From Escherichia coli (lineage in GTDB: Bacteria; Pseudomonadota; Gammaproteobacteria; Enterobacterales; Enterobacteriaceae), in NCBI RefSeq assembly GCF_003334315.1, contig NZ_QOWR01000001.1: a stretch of 64,000 nucleotides of DNA; one strand, given 5' to 3'. Positions 1 through 15,685 of the stretch are shown here, piece by piece; positions within the stretch are counted from its first letter, which is position 1, and the number at the start of each line of letters is the position of its first letter. Both the position numbers and the translations under genes were made by a program. The notes beneath the pieces were generated by a model. It was not told the origin of the DNA. It saw only the letters and a program-made list of their open reading frames with translations, and searched no databases.

Positions 1-269
<269 letters not shown>

Positions 270-282
270 TTAACCCTTAGGC

Positions 283-2409
<2,127 letters not shown>

Positions 2410-2493
2410 TTATCTTTTAGGCGTTCAATTTAAGTAGCCCAAAGCGGGCTGCTTACTGGAAGCGCCCGCCTGGTGACTAAAACTCCGAAGGGA

Positions 2494-3534
<1,041 letters not shown>

Positions 3535-3560
3535 TCAAGAAATATACAACGATCCCGCCA

Positions 3561-3848
3561 TCACCAGGCCATCTGGCTGGAGTGCTTAACCGTAAGTCTG
3601 ACGAAATCAGTATAGTCAATGAGAATGATGTCGTTCGAAATTTGACCAGTCAAACCGCGGGCAATAAGGTCTTCGTTCAGGGCATAGACCTTAATGGGGG
3701 CATTACGCAGACTTTCAAGGTAGCGGTTACCGTCAACTGCGGCAGTTACGCCATCTTGCAATAACAGCAGTTCGTCGCCTTCACTGAGCAGACGCAGCAG
3801 CGCAGCAAAATCCGTCAGCCAGGGTGAGCGATGTAATGTGTGCAGCAT
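3561..3848 (-). CDS. tusB: Sulfur-relay protein TusB
   Basis: 95-aa ORF, last gene of the yheO-tusDCB run immediately upstream of rpsL. Confidence 0.85.
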   Translation of the reverse strand: MLHTLHRSPWLTDFAALLRLLSEGDELLLLQDGVTAAVDGNRYLESLRNAPIKVYALNEDLIARGLTGQISNDIILIDYTDFVRLTVKHSSQMAW

Positions 3849-3855
3849 AAACGCC

Positions 3856-4214
3856 TCAAAACCTCAAAATTACATCGTAGTTGCCAAGTTCGCGGCGTAA
3901 GGCATCTGCTTCGAGCGGCGTGGCTTCGACAACAAAGGGTGTCTGCGGACCTAACCCGCGTTCGCGCAGTGAAGCCGCACAAACCCAGCACTGTTCAATG
4001 TCGTACAGACCCAACAATTTAAAAGTGGCAATGTAATCACGCGCCAGCACTGCATCGGGCTTTTGTCCTGGCAGCAGCTGAAAAACGCCATCAGCAATAA
4101 AGAAGACACCCAGATCGTCAGTTAATGCGGAAGTTGCCAGTAAAGCATCTAAACCTTCCCGGCCTGCGGCTGTACCATGAGGTGCAGTAGAAAAAACAAA
4201 CGCAATTCGTTTCA

Positions 4215-4215
<1 letters not shown>
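3856..4215 (-). CDS. tusC: Sulfur-relay protein TusC
   Basis: 119-aa ORF; start overlaps the tusD stop by 1 nt (TGATG). Confidence 0.85.
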
Positions 4216-5323
<1,108 letters not shown>

Positions 5324-5448
5324 GAAAAAAAACACTCCTTTTCAGGAGCCTGTCGTTAACTTTTCAGGGCAGGCTCATTAATGATGCGGGTAACTAAATT
5401 AATACAGCGGAGGTTCCGCTTTCCAGCACTAATTATATCCGGCCTGTA

Positions 5449-5481
5449 ATAAAAAAACCGCCGCCTGGTCAGGCGGCGGTT
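5449..5481 (-). terminator. Rho-independent terminator downstream of fkpA
   Basis: GC stem AACCGCCGCC/GGCGGCGGTT followed on the minus strand by a T7 tract. Confidence 0.7.
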
Positions 5482-5489
5482 CTTAATGC

Positions 5490-6302
5490 TTATTTTTTAG
5501 CAGAATCTGCGGCTTTCGCATCAGCTTCCGGCTTTGCATCAGCCTTCGGCGCTGGTTTCACATCCAGCAGCTCTACGTCAAACACCAGGGTAGAATTCGG
5601 TGGGATCCCCGGAACACCCGCTTTGCCGTAAGCCAGTTCTGGTGGAATAACCAGTTTGATCTTACCGCCTTTCTTGATGTTCTTCAGACCTTCTGTCCAA
5701 CCCGGGATAACACCGTCCAGACGGAAAGAAAGCGGTTCACCACGGGTGTAAGAGTTGTCGAACTCTTTACCGTCGATCAGCGTACCTTTGTAGTTCACTA
5801 CAACAGTATCGCTGTCTTTCGGTGCTTCGCCTTTACCGGCTTCTACTACCTGATAAACCAGACCAGTTGAAGAGGTTTTCACACCTTTCTCTTTGGCAAA
5901 TTTCTCGCGGTACTCTTTACCTTTTGCTTCGTTATCAGCCGCGTCTTTTTCCATCTTCGCCTGAGCAGAAGACTTCACGCGAGCTTCGAATGCTTGTAGA
6001 GTCTGTTCGATCTCTTGGTCGGAGAGTTTGCTCTTATCAGCAAATGCATCCTGAACACCAGCGATCAGCTGATCTTTATCCAGTTTGATGCCCAGTTTTT
6101 CTTGTTCTTTTAGAGAGTTTTCCATGTAACGACCCAGCGAGGCACCCAGTGCATAAGCTGATTTCTGATCGTCATTTTTGAACGCTGCTTTGCTGTCAGC
6201 AGCTGTAGCAGGTTTTGCAGCTTCAGCAGCAAAAGTGATTGGTGCATGCAGGGCAACGGCCATTGTGGTCGCCAGCAGCGTTACTTTAAACAGTGATTTC
6301 AT
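5490..6302 (-). CDS. fkpA: Periplasmic FKBP-type peptidyl-prolyl isomerase
   Basis: 270-aa ORF with signal peptide and C-terminal FKBP domain; Lys/Ala-rich tail. Confidence 0.9.
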   Translation of the reverse strand: MKSLFKVTLLATTMAVALHAPITFAAEAAKPATAADSKAAFKNDDQKSAYALGASLGRYMENSLKEQEKLGIKLDKDQLIAGVQDAFADKSKLSDQEIEQTLQAFEARVKSSAQAKMEKDAADNEAKGKEYREKFAKEKGVKTSSTGLVYQVVEAGKGEAPKDSDTVVVNYKGTLIDGKEFDNSYTRGEPLSFRLDGVIPGWTEGLKNIKKGGKIKLVIPPELAYGKAGVPGIPPNSTLVFDVELLDVKPAPKADAKPEADAKAADSAKK

Positions 6303-6522
6303 CCATATCTCCAGGATCGGGGCATCTCACCCCAGGGTTAACTATTATCAGAAGGGTACTATAAAGCGTTGTCGAACAAATCTACATACAGACACGCCCT
6401 ATTATCATCTATTTTCAGACTCTTTTTGTTTAAATTAGTTTCGATGACCGCGAAATGAGTGCTGTCTCGGGCAGCAAAGTTAAGTAGAATCCGCGGCGAC
6501 CATTCGACAAAAGAGGTGAATC

Positions 6523-6741
6523 ATGCAGGATTTATCATTGGAAGCACGCCTGGCAGAGCTGGAGAGCCGACTGGCTTTTCAGGAAATCACCATTGAAGAA
6601 CTGAACGTCACGGTGACCGCTCATGAAATGGAGATGGCGAAACTGCGCGATCATCTGCGTCTGCTGACCGAGAAGTTAAAAGCCAGCCAGCCGTCGAACA
6701 TCGCGTCGCAGGCTGAAGAAACGCCACCGCCACATTATTGA
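6523..6741 (+). CDS. slyX: Protein SlyX
   Basis: 72-aa coiled-coil-like ORF divergent from slyD, followed by a hairpin. Confidence 0.8.
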
Positions 6742-6746
6742 GGCGT

Positions 6747-6774
6747 AAAAAAAGCGGGGATTCCCCGCTTTTTT
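6747..6774. terminator. Bidirectional terminator between slyX and slyD
   Basis: A-tract, GCGGGG-ATT-CCCCGC hairpin, T-tract. Confidence 0.7.
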
Positions 6775-6789
6775 GTCACTTTTTCGGTA

Positions 6790-7380
6790 TTAGTGGCAAC
6801 CGCAACCGCCGTTGCCTTTACCGCCACAGCAGCCTTCGCCACCGTGTTCATGACCGTGATCGTGGCCATGACCGCCGCAGCAACCGTCGTGGTCGTGATC
6901 GTGGTGGTGATCGTGCGCGCCGTGAACGTGACCATGAGCCAGTTCTTCTTCAGTCGCTTCGCGAATCGCCACAACTTCAACGTTGAATTTCAGGTTCTGA
7001 CCGGCCAGCATGTGGTTACCATCAACCACGACGTGATCGTCTTCAACCGCAGTGATTTCAACCGGTACCGGACCCTGGTCGGTTTCAGCCAGGAAACGCA
7101 TACCTACCTGCAGTTCATCAACGCCCATAAATACGTCTTTAGGAACACGTTGCACCAGGTTTTCGTCGTACTGACCGTAAGCGTCGTTCGCGCCAACAGC
7201 GACATCAAATTTGTCGCCAACTTCATGACCTTCCAGCGCCGTTTCCAGGCCAGAGATCAGGGAACCGTGACCATGCAGGTAGTCCAGCGGCGCACTCACC
7301 GGAGACTCATCAACCAACACACCGTCTTCTGTACGTACCTGATAGGCCAGGCTGACCACCAGGTCTTTTGCTACTTTCAT
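6790..7380 (-). CDS. slyD: FKBP-type peptidyl-prolyl isomerase / metallochaperone SlyD
   Basis: 196-aa ORF: FKBP domain plus C-terminal His/Cys/Asp/Gly-rich tail (HGHVHGAHDHHHDHDHDGCCGGHGHDHGHEHGG...). Confidence 0.92.
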   Translation of the reverse strand: MKVAKDLVVSLAYQVRTEDGVLVDESPVSAPLDYLHGHGSLISGLETALEGHEVGDKFDVAVGANDAYGQYDENLVQRVPKDVFMGVDELQVGMRFLAETDQGPVPVEITAVEDDHVVVDGNHMLAGQNLKFNVEVVAIREATEEELAHGHVHGAHDHHHDHDHDGCCGGHGHDHGHEHGGEGCCGGKGNGGCGCH

Positions 7381-7474
7381 GATATCTCCTGAGCATGGGA
7401 AGAATAGTGGCGCAGATTGTAGCGGAATTCTGCAGCCGTGTACTCACTAGCTTAAAAAAACTCGGCGCATATCG

Positions 7475-7675
7475 CTAGTCCGGATGAAAAATCCCGATCA
7501 CTTGCTCATCTTTGCGAACGTGATCGCGGGCTTCTTTGTCTGCTTCTCGCATCTGATGTCCGCACTTAACACATTCAACAATATCAATATTATTTTCGCG
7601 CCACATCGCCATTGAATCCTGCGCCTGACAGGCCGGGCATTTTGCGCCCGCAATAAAACGTTTTCGGATTGCCAT
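7475..7675 (-). CDS. yheV: Small zinc-ribbon-like protein YheV
   Basis: 66-aa ORF with CPAC...CVKC cysteine pairs; between slyD and kefB. Confidence 0.75.
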   Translation of the reverse strand: MAIRKRFIAGAKCPACQAQDSMAMWRENNIDIVECVKCGHQMREADKEARDHVRKDEQVIGIFHPD

Positions 7676-7684
7676 CTTTACCCT

Positions 7685-9490
7685 CTACTCAAATTCATCC
7701 CAGCCGTCCAGCTGGCGTCGTTCTTGTTGCATTTCACGCTGGAAAATCTCTTCCAGTTCGCGTCGGGCTTCCCTGGCGCGAGAAATTTGTACGGTATCGG
7801 CATGCATTGGGATGAGCTCTCGCAGCATCCGCATATCCAGGCGGCGAAAATGCAGTTGCGCTCGCTGTGCCTGATGCGGATGCATGCCAAGCGTGACCAG
7901 CGTCTTGCGCCCCAGCTCTAACGCACTGGAGAATGTTTCACGGGAAAACTGCGTCACCCCTGCCTGTAATAACTCATGCGCTTCCACACGTCCGCGCGCT
8001 CGCGCAAGAATATGCAAATGCGGAAAGTGCTGTTGGCATATTTCCACCAGCTTCATGGTGTCTTCCGGCTCGTTACAGGTAATGACGATAGACTCAGCGG
8101 CCTCTGCACCCGCAGAACGTAAAAGATCGACCTGCGTGGCGTCGCCGTAATAAACTTTGTAGCCGTATTTACGCATCAGGTTAACGGCGCTGATATCCCG
8201 CTCCAGCACGGTAATGCGCATTTTATTTGCCATCAGCAAACGACCAATCACCTGACCAAAACGCCCGAAGCCCACGACAATGACCTGGGGTTTATCATCG
8301 TTGACCCACGGTTTTTCGTCTTCTTCTTCCGGTCCGTTAAACTGGCGGGATAGCCATTTATCCACCAGCTTCATCAGCAACGGCGTGGTCATCATGGAAA
8401 GCGTCACCGTCACCAGCAACAACGCCATCTGGTCGCCCTGGAATAAGCGTTGTGAAGAAGCGGTAGAAAAGAGGACAAAGGCAAACTCACCACCCTGACT
8501 CAACACGCCAGCAAACTGCATCCGCTCTGAGCTACGCACGCCATACAATCGCGCCAGCAGATACAGCACGAGAATTTTCACCGCCACCAGCACAACCACG
8601 CTTATCACTACCCACAACAGATGGGTATAAAGCACCCCGAGGTTGAGTGACATGCCGACAGAGATAAAGAACAAACCGAGCAGCAAGCCTTTGAAGGGAT
8701 CGATAGCCGTTTCCAGTTCATGGCGATATTCACTTTCCGCCAGCAGCACGCCCGCAATAAATGTACCGAGCGCCATCGACAGCCCCAGCGCATCCATAAA
8801 CAATGCGGAACCCAACACCAGCAGCAGCGTCGCGGCGGTGAACACTTCCCGCACGCCAGAAGCTGCAATAAAGCGGAATACCGGACGCAGTAAATAGCGC
8901 CCACCAATCAGCATGCCGACAAACGCCAGCACCTTCATGCCGACCTTCATCCAGTCGAAATGTTCGTCTGCCGACCCCGCCAACAACGGCACTAACGCCA
9001 GTGCTGGGATTACTGCCAGATCCTGAAACAGCAGAACCGAAAACCCGAGCTGGCCGGATTCGCTGCGATTCATCCCTTTCTCACGCATCAATTGCAACGC
9101 CATTGCAGTTGAAGACATCGCAAGGCCAATGCCACCGACCACCGCCGCCTGCCAGGCGAAATCCGTCAGCATCAATAATCCCGTCAGCAACGCCGCGCTT
9201 AACAGCACCTGTGCCGCGCCTACGCCAAAAATCGAACGCCGCAGTTGCCAAAGTTTGGAGGGATTCAACTCAAGGCCGATGATAAACATCAGGAATACCA
9301 CGCCGAGTTCCGAAAAGTGGAGGATCTCATCGACGTCGCTAATAAACCCCAGCCCCCACGGGCCAATTGCAATCCCTGCCAGCAAATATCCCAACACAGC
9401 GCCAATACCCAGCCGCGATGCCAGCGGCACCGCAGCCACCGCCGCGAAGAGAAACAGCACTCCTGCGAGTAAAAAATCGGAACCTTCCAT
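7685..9490 (-). CDS. kefB: Glutathione-regulated K+ efflux system protein KefB
   Basis: 601-aa ORF: multi-TM antiporter domain plus C-terminal nucleotide-binding domain (GFGRFGQ). Confidence 0.92.
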   Translation of the reverse strand: MEGSDFLLAGVLFLFAAVAAVPLASRLGIGAVLGYLLAGIAIGPWGLGFISDVDEILHFSELGVVFLMFIIGLELNPSKLWQLRRSIFGVGAAQVLLSAALLTGLLMLTDFAWQAAVVGGIGLAMSSTAMALQLMREKGMNRSESGQLGFSVLLFQDLAVIPALALVPLLAGSADEHFDWMKVGMKVLAFVGMLIGGRYLLRPVFRFIAASGVREVFTAATLLLVLGSALFMDALGLSMALGTFIAGVLLAESEYRHELETAIDPFKGLLLGLFFISVGMSLNLGVLYTHLLWVVISVVVLVAVKILVLYLLARLYGVRSSERMQFAGVLSQGGEFAFVLFSTASSQRLFQGDQMALLLVTVTLSMMTTPLLMKLVDKWLSRQFNGPEEEDEKPWVNDDKPQVIVVGFGRFGQVIGRLLMANKMRITVLERDISAVNLMRKYGYKVYYGDATQVDLLRSAGAEAAESIVITCNEPEDTMKLVEICQQHFPHLHILARARGRVEAHELLQAGVTQFSRETFSSALELGRKTLVTLGMHPHQAQRAQLHFRRLDMRMLRELIPMHADTVQISRAREARRELEEIFQREMQQERRQLDGWDEFE

Positions 9491-10044
9491 CAGCGGCCTC
9501 CTGGAGACAGCGGATTTGCCAGCCAGTCACCGTAGGCTCTGGCGTGGCTCGCCAGCTCCTGTGCGCTTTGCCGTCTCGCCCAGTAAATAATGATGGGACT
9601 TAACCAATGCATCCGGCACATGCCCGCCGCCAGTTCAAAGGGGCGCAGCACATCGCTCATCGGGTAGCGATTCAGCGCGTCATAACGGTAAGCACTTTCC
9701 GGCTCGCCGGTGGTAATCACGCTACGCCAGTACTTTCCCGCCAGTTGGTTTCCTCCCGGCCCGCTGGCAAAACCACGACTTAATACCCGGTCCAGCCACT
9801 CTTTCAGTAGCGCCGGGCAGCTATAGGTATAAAGAGGATGCTGAAAGACAATCACCTCGTGCTCGCGCAGTAATGCCTGCTCACGGGGGATATCAATAAA
9901 AAAATCGGGATAGTGCGCGTAAAGGTCGTGCACGGTAACATTGCTGAGCTGCGTGGCCGGTTTAAGCAGTACCCGGTTTGCCACCGAGTCCTGAGATTCC
10001 GGATGGGCATACAGCAGCAAAACTTTCGCTGGCTGAGACATCAT
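9490..10044 (-). CDS. kefG: KefB ancillary protein (quinone oxidoreductase-like)
   Basis: 184-aa ORF; stop overlaps kefB start by 1 nt. Confidence 0.85.
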
Positions 10045-10171
10045 CCCCCTCCCGGTATGGTTTTTGTGTATAGTCGCTGTTTTGGGCTACCATTGCGCCC
10101 GGTGCGGCTGCTCGCCCATACATTACATTATCATAATGATAAGTTAACATAGTCTGAACATACGGCACCTT

Positions 10172-12085
10172 ATGATTGTTTTCTCCTCGTTACAAATTCG
10201 TCGCGGCGTGCGCGTCCTGCTGGATAATGCCACCGCCACCATCAACCCTGGGCAGAAAGTCGGCCTGGTGGGTAAAAACGGCTGTGGTAAATCTACCCTG
10301 CTGGCATTGCTGAAAAATGAAATCAGCGCCGACGGCGGCAGCTACACCTTTCCGGGAAGCTGGCAACTGGCGTGGGTGAATCAGGAAACGCCGGCGTTAC
10401 CGCAAGCGGCGCTGGAATATGTCATTGACGGCGACCGTGAATATCGTCAACTAGAAGCGCAGCTACACGACGCCAACGAACGTAACGACGGGCACGCCAT
10501 TGCGACCATTCATGGCAAGCTGGATGCTATTGACGCATGGAGTATTCGCTCCCGTGCTGCCAGCCTGCTGCACGGCCTCGGTTTCAGCAATGAACAACTG
10601 GAGCGCCCGGTAAGTGATTTTTCCGGGGGCTGGCGTATGCGTCTTAACCTTGCCCAGGCGCTGATTTGCCGTTCAGACTTGCTGCTGCTCGACGAACCGA
10701 CTAACCACCTCGATCTCGATGCCGTTATCTGGCTGGAAAAATGGCTGAAGAGCTATCAGGGCACGCTGATCCTGATCTCTCACGACCGCGACTTCCTCGA
10801 TCCGATCGTCGATAAAATTATTCATATCGAACAACAAAGCATGTTCGAGTACACCGGCAACTACAGTTCGTTTGAAGTACAGCGCGCCACCCGTCTGGCG
10901 CAGCAACAAGCGATGTACGAAAGCCAGCAGGAACGCGTAGCGCATCTGCAAAGTTATATCGACCGTTTCCGTGCCAAAGCCACCAAAGCGAAGCAGGCCC
11001 AGAGCCGCATTAAGATGCTCGAGCGTATGGAGCTAATTGCCCCCGCGCACGTCGACAACCCGTTCCGCTTTAGCTTCCGCGCGCCGGAAAGCCTGCCAAA
11101 TCCGTTACTGAAGATGGAAAAAGTCAGCGCGGGCTATGGCGATCGCATTATTCTCGACTCGATTAAACTGAACCTGGTGCCCGGCTCGCGTATTGGTCTG
11201 TTAGGCCGCAATGGCGCGGGTAAATCGACATTAATCAAACTGTTAGCCGGTGAACTTGCGCCAGTCAGCGGTGAAATTGGTCTGGCGAAAGGGATCAAAC
11301 TCGGCTACTTCGCCCAGCATCAACTTGAATACCTGCGCGCCGACGAATCACCTATTCAACATCTGGCACGTTTAGCGCCGCAGGAGCTGGAACAAAAACT
11401 GCGTGACTACCTCGGCGGCTTTGGTTTCCAGGGCGATAAAGTAACCGAAGAAACGCGCCGCTTCTCCGGTGGGGAAAAAGCCCGCCTGGTGCTGGCATTA
11501 ATTGTCTGGCAGCGGCCGAATCTGCTGCTGCTCGACGAACCGACTAACCACCTTGACCTCGACATGCGTCAGGCACTCACCGAAGCATTAATCGAGTTTG
11601 AAGGCGCGCTGGTTGTCGTTTCGCACGACCGTCATTTGCTGCGTTCCACCACTGACGATCTCTACCTGGTTCACGATCGTAAAGTCGAACCGTTCGACGG
11701 CGATCTGGAAGATTATCAACAGTGGTTGAGCGACGTACAAAAGCAGGAAAACCAGACCGACGAAGCGCCAAAAGAGAATGCGAACAGCGCCCAGGCACGT
11801 AAAGATCAGAAGCGTCGGGAAGCTGAGCTGCGTGCGCAAACCCAGCCACTGCGTAAAGAGATTGCCCGTCTGGAAAAAGAGATGGAGAAGCTGAACGCGC
11901 AACTGGCGCAGGCGGAAGAGAAACTCGGCGACAGCGAACTGTATGACCAGAGCCGTAAAGCGGAGTTGACCACCTGCCTGCAACAGCAAGCCAGCGCCAA
12001 ATCCGGCCTGGAAGAGTGCGAAATGGCATGGCTGGAAGCCCAGGAGCAGCTTGAGCAGATGCTGCTGGAAGGCCAAAGCAACTGA
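10172..12085 (+). CDS. yheS: ABC-F family ATPase (two tandem ABC domains, no TM domain)
   Basis: 637-aa ORF with two Walker A motifs (GKNGCGKST, GRNGAGKST), two LSGG signatures and a charged coiled-coil C-terminus. Confidence 0.9.
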   Translation: MIVFSSLQIRRGVRVLLDNATATINPGQKVGLVGKNGCGKSTLLALLKNEISADGGSYTFPGSWQLAWVNQETPALPQAALEYVIDGDREYRQLEAQLHDANERNDGHAIATIHGKLDAIDAWSIRSRAASLLHGLGFSNEQLERPVSDFSGGWRMRLNLAQALICRSDLLLLDEPTNHLDLDAVIWLEKWLKSYQGTLILISHDRDFLDPIVDKIIHIEQQSMFEYTGNYSSFEVQRATRLAQQQAMYESQQERVAHLQSYIDRFRAKATKAKQAQSRIKMLERMELIAPAHVDNPFRFSFRAPESLPNPLLKMEKVSAGYGDRIILDSIKLNLVPGSRIGLLGRNGAGKSTLIKLLAGELAPVSGEIGLAKGIKLGYFAQHQLEYLRADESPIQHLARLAPQELEQKLRDYLGGFGFQGDKVTEETRRFSGGEKARLVLALIVWQRPNLLLLDEPTNHLDLDMRQALTEALIEFEGALVVVSHDRHLLRSTTDDLYLVHDRKVEPFDGDLEDYQQWLSDVQKQENQTDEAPKENANSAQARKDQKRREAELRAQTQPLRKEIARLEKEMEKLNAQLAQAEEKLGDSELYDQSRKAELTTCLQQQASAKSGLEECEMAWLEAQEQLEQMLLEGQSN

Positions 12086-13107
12086 TGGCGCAGATAACGA
12101 CGACCGATGCCAATGAATTCAGCAGCAGTGCTGAATTCATCCCCATGCGCGGCTTTAGCAATTGTCATCTGCAAACCATGCTGCCGCGTCTGTTTCGTCG
12201 TCAGGTGAAATTCACCCCGTACTGGCAGCGGCTGGAGTTGCCCGACGGCGATTTTGTCGATCTTGCGTGGAGTGAAAACCCTGCACAGGCGCAACATAAA
12301 CCTCGTCTGGTGGTGTTTCACGGGCTGGAAGGCAGTCTCAACAGCCCTTACGCCCACGGTCTGGTTGAGGCGGCGCAAAAGCGCGGCTGGCTGGGCGTGG
12401 TGATGCATTTTCGCGGATGCAGCGGTGAACCAAACCGTATGCACCGCATTTACCATTCGGGCGAAACCGAAGACGCCAGTTGGTTTTTACGCTGGCTGCA
12501 ACGCGAATTTGGTCATGCGCCAACGGCTGCCGTCGGCTATTCGCTCGGCGGTAATATGCTGGCCTGTTTGCTGGCAAAGGAAGGCAATGATCTCCCGGTT
12601 GATGCGGCGGTGATTGTCTCTGCGCCGTTTATGCTGGAAGCCTGTAGCTATCATATGGAAAAGGGCTTTTCCCGCGTTTATCAGCGTTACTTGCTGAACC
12701 TGTTAAAAGCCAATGCCGCGCGCAAGCTGGCAGCCTACCCCGGAACGCTGCCGATTAATCTCGCGCAGTTAAAATCGGTACGTCGCATCCGTGAATTTGA
12801 CGATCTCATCACCGCCAGAATTCACGGCTACGCCGACGCTATCGACTATTATCGTCAGTGTAGCGCCATGCCGATGCTGAACCGGATCGCCAAACCGACG
12901 CTGATTATTCACGCCAAAGACGATCCGTTTATGGATCATCAGGTGATCCCGAAACCGGAAAGTCTCCCCCCGCAGGTGGAGTATCAACTGACTGAACATG
13001 GCGGTCATGTTGGCTTTATTGGCGGTACATTACTTCATCCGCAAATGTGGCTGGAGTCACGCATTCCTGACTGGTTAACAACGTATCTGGAGGCGAAATC
13101 ATGTTGA
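12085..13107 (+). CDS. yheT: Alpha/beta hydrolase fold protein YheT
   Basis: 340-aa ORF with GYSLGGN nucleophile-elbow motif; 1-nt overlap with yheS stop. Confidence 0.8.
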
Positions 13108-13319
13108 TTCCGTGGCAAGACCTCTCCCCCGAAACTCTGGAAAATTTAATTGAAAGCTTTGTGTTACGTGAAGGCACCGATTATGGTGAACATGAGCGTA
13201 CACTTGAACAGAAAGTCGCCGACGTCAAACGCCAGCTACAGTGCGGAGAAGCGGTGCTGGTATGGTCGGAGCTGCACGAAACGGTCAATATTATGCCGCG
13301 CAGTCAGTTTCGCGAATAA
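13101..13319 (+). CDS. yheU: Small protein YheU
   Basis: 72-aa ORF overlapping yheT end by 7 nt. Confidence 0.75.
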
Positions 13320-13372
13320 CCTGCAACCGTCGGCGGACGAGATAATAATGATAGCTAAGTCATGGAGTTACT

Positions 13373-14242
13373 ATGTCTGCCAAACATCCGGTCATTGCGG
13401 TAACAGGATCCAGCGGCGCGGGGACCACCACCACCAGCCTCGCGTTTCGTAAAATATTCGCGCAGTTAAATCTGCATGCAGCTGAGGTGGAAGGCGACAG
13501 TTTTCACCGTTACACCCGCCCGGAAATGGACATGGCGATCCGCAAAGCGCGCGACGCCGGGCGGCATATCAGCTACTTCGGCCCCGAGGCTAACGACTTC
13601 GGCCTGCTGGAACAAACCTTCATTGAATACGGTCAGAGCGGCAAAGGGAAATCTCGCAAATATCTGCATACCTACGACGAAGCCGTACCGTGGAATCAGG
13701 TACCGGGGACATTCACCCCCTGGCAACCTTTACCGGAACCCACTGATGTACTGTTTTATGAAGGTTTACACGGCGGCGTAGTCACGCCACAGCATAACGT
13801 TGCGCAGCATGTGGACTTACTGGTCGGCGTGGTGCCTATCGTTAACCTTGAGTGGATTCAAAAACTGATCCGCGACACCAGCGAGCGCGGGCACTCACGA
13901 GAAGCAGTGATGGACTCAGTAGTGCGTTCAATGGAAGACTATATCAACTACATCACACCGCAGTTTTCCCGCACCCATCTTAACTTCCAGCGCGTTCCCA
14001 CCGTCGACACTTCAAACCCGTTCGCGGCAAAAGGTATCCCGTCGCTCGATGAAAGCTTTGTGGTGATCCATTTTCGTAATCTGGAAGGGATCGATTTCCC
14101 CTGGCTGCTGGCGATGTTGCAAGGCTCATTCATTTCCCACATCAATACGTTAGTGGTACCGGGCGGCAAAATGGGTCTGGCAATGGAATTAATTATGCTG
14201 CCGCTGGTGCAACGATTGATGGAAGGAAAGAAAATCGAGTAA
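13373..14242 (+). CDS. prkB: Phosphoribulokinase homolog
   Basis: 289-aa ORF with P-loop (AVTGSSGAGTTT). Confidence 0.85.
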   Translation: MSAKHPVIAVTGSSGAGTTTTSLAFRKIFAQLNLHAAEVEGDSFHRYTRPEMDMAIRKARDAGRHISYFGPEANDFGLLEQTFIEYGQSGKGKSRKYLHTYDEAVPWNQVPGTFTPWQPLPEPTDVLFYEGLHGGVVTPQHNVAQHVDLLVGVVPIVNLEWIQKLIRDTSERGHSREAVMDSVVRSMEDYINYITPQFSRTHLNFQRVPTVDTSNPFAAKGIPSLDESFVVIHFRNLEGIDFPWLLAMLQGSFISHINTLVVPGGKMGLAMELIMLPLVQRLMEGKKIE

Positions 14243-14254
14243 CTCTGCTATTAC

Positions 14255-14276
14255 GCCGGATAAAATACTATCCGGC
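14255..14276. terminator. Hairpin between convergent prkB and yhfA
   Basis: GCCGGATA...TATCCGGC inverted repeat; weak T-tract. Confidence 0.4.
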
Positions 14277-14296
14277 TTCACAACGGGATAGTTAAG

Positions 14297-14701
14297 TCAC
14301 GCGGCAACCACTTCATACGAGTGAGTAATATTCACCGCTTTTTCCAGCATCAACGCCACTGAACAATATTTCTCGGCAGAGAGATCAACCGCACGCGCAA
14401 CCGCTGCGTCTTTCAGGTCGCGACCGGTGACGATAAAATGCAGATTAATGTGCGTAAACAGGCGTGGTGCCTCTTCGCGGCGTTCAGAGGTCAATTTTAA
14501 TTCACAATCGACCACATCCTGACGCCCTTTTTGCAGGATCGAAACCACATCGATGGCACTGCAACCACCCGCCGCCATCAACACCATTTCCATCGGACTT
14601 GGTGCTTTATCGCCTGAGTTGCCGTCCATTAAAATCTGATGACCAGAGGCGGATTCGCCCAGAAAAGTTAACCCTTCGACCCACTTCACTCGCGCTTGCA
14701 T
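14297..14701 (-). CDS. yhfA: OsmC-family protein YhfA
   Basis: 134-aa ORF divergent from crp. Confidence 0.8.
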   Translation of the reverse strand: MQARVKWVEGLTFLGESASGHQILMDGNSGDKAPSPMEMVLMAAGGCSAIDVVSILQKGRQDVVDCELKLTSERREEAPRLFTHINLHFIVTGRDLKDAAVARAVDLSAEKYCSVALMLEKAVNITHSYEVVAA

Positions 14702-15002
14702 TTTTGCTACTCCACTGCGTCAATTTTCCTGACAGAGTACGCGTACTAACCAAATCGCGCAACGGAAGGCGACCTGGGTCATGCTGAAGCGAGACACCAG
14801 GAGACACAAAGCGAAAGCTATGCTAAAACAGTCAGGATGCTACAGTAATACATTGATGTACTGCATGTATGCAAAGGACGTCACATTACCGTGCAGTACA
14901 GTTGATAGCCCCTTCCCAGGTAGCGGGAAGCATATTTCGGCAATCCAGAGACAGCGGCGTTATCTGGCTCTGGAGAAAGCTTATAACAGAGGATAACCGC
15001 GC
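14702..15002 (+). promoter_or_regulatory. crp 5' regulatory region (divergent from yhfA)
   Basis: 301-bp intergenic region upstream of crp; individual promoter elements not resolved by eye. Confidence 0.45.
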
Positions 15003-15635
15003 ATGGTGCTTGGCAAACCGCAAACAGACCCGACTCTCGAATGGTTCTTGTCTCATTGCCACATTCATAAGTACCCATCCAAGAGCACGCTTATTCACCA
15101 GGGTGAAAAAGCGGAAACGCTGTACTACATCGTTAAAGGCTCTGTGGCAGTGCTGATCAAAGACGAAGAGGGTAAAGAAATGATCCTCTCCTATCTGAAT
15201 CAGGGTGATTTTATTGGCGAACTGGGCCTGTTTGAAGAGGGCCAGGAACGTAGCGCATGGGTACGTGCGAAAACCGCCTGTGAAGTGGCTGAAATTTCGT
15301 ACAAAAAATTTCGCCAATTGATTCAGGTAAACCCGGACATTCTGATGCGTTTGTCTGCACAGATGGCGCGTCGTCTGCAAGTCACTTCAGAGAAAGTGGG
15401 CAACCTGGCGTTCCTCGACGTGACGGGCCGCATTGCACAGACTCTGCTGAATCTGGCAAAACAACCAGACGCTATGACTCACCCGGACGGTATGCAAATC
15501 AAAATTACCCGTCAGGAAATTGGTCAGATTGTCGGCTGTTCTCGTGAAACCGTGGGACGCATTCTGAAGATGCTGGAAGATCAGAACCTGATCTCCGCAC
15601 ACGGTAAAACCATCGTCGTTTACGGCACTCGTTAA
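15003..15635 (+). CDS. crp: cAMP receptor protein
   Basis: 210-aa ORF: cNMP-binding domain plus C-terminal HTH ([22 protein letters not shown]); hairpin terminator downstream. Confidence 0.97.
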
Positions 15636-15647
15636 TCCCGTCGGAGT

Positions 15648-15678
15648 GGCGCGTTACCTGGTAGCGCGCCATTTTGTT
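15648..15678 (+). terminator. crp terminator
   Basis: GGCGCGTTACC-TGGTAGCGCGCC hairpin followed by ATTTTGTTT. Confidence 0.7.
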
Positions 15679-15685
15679 TCCCCCG

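Noticed and set aside
6735-6986. Thr/Ala-rich (minus) and Arg/Asp-rich (plus) ORFs of about 80 aa
   Set aside because: Alternative frames of the repetitive slyD tail codons.
11577-12456. Three overlapping minus-strand ORFs of 160-216 aa
   Set aside because: Antisense to the 3' end of yheS and the 5' end of yheT; both sense genes are well supported by motifs.
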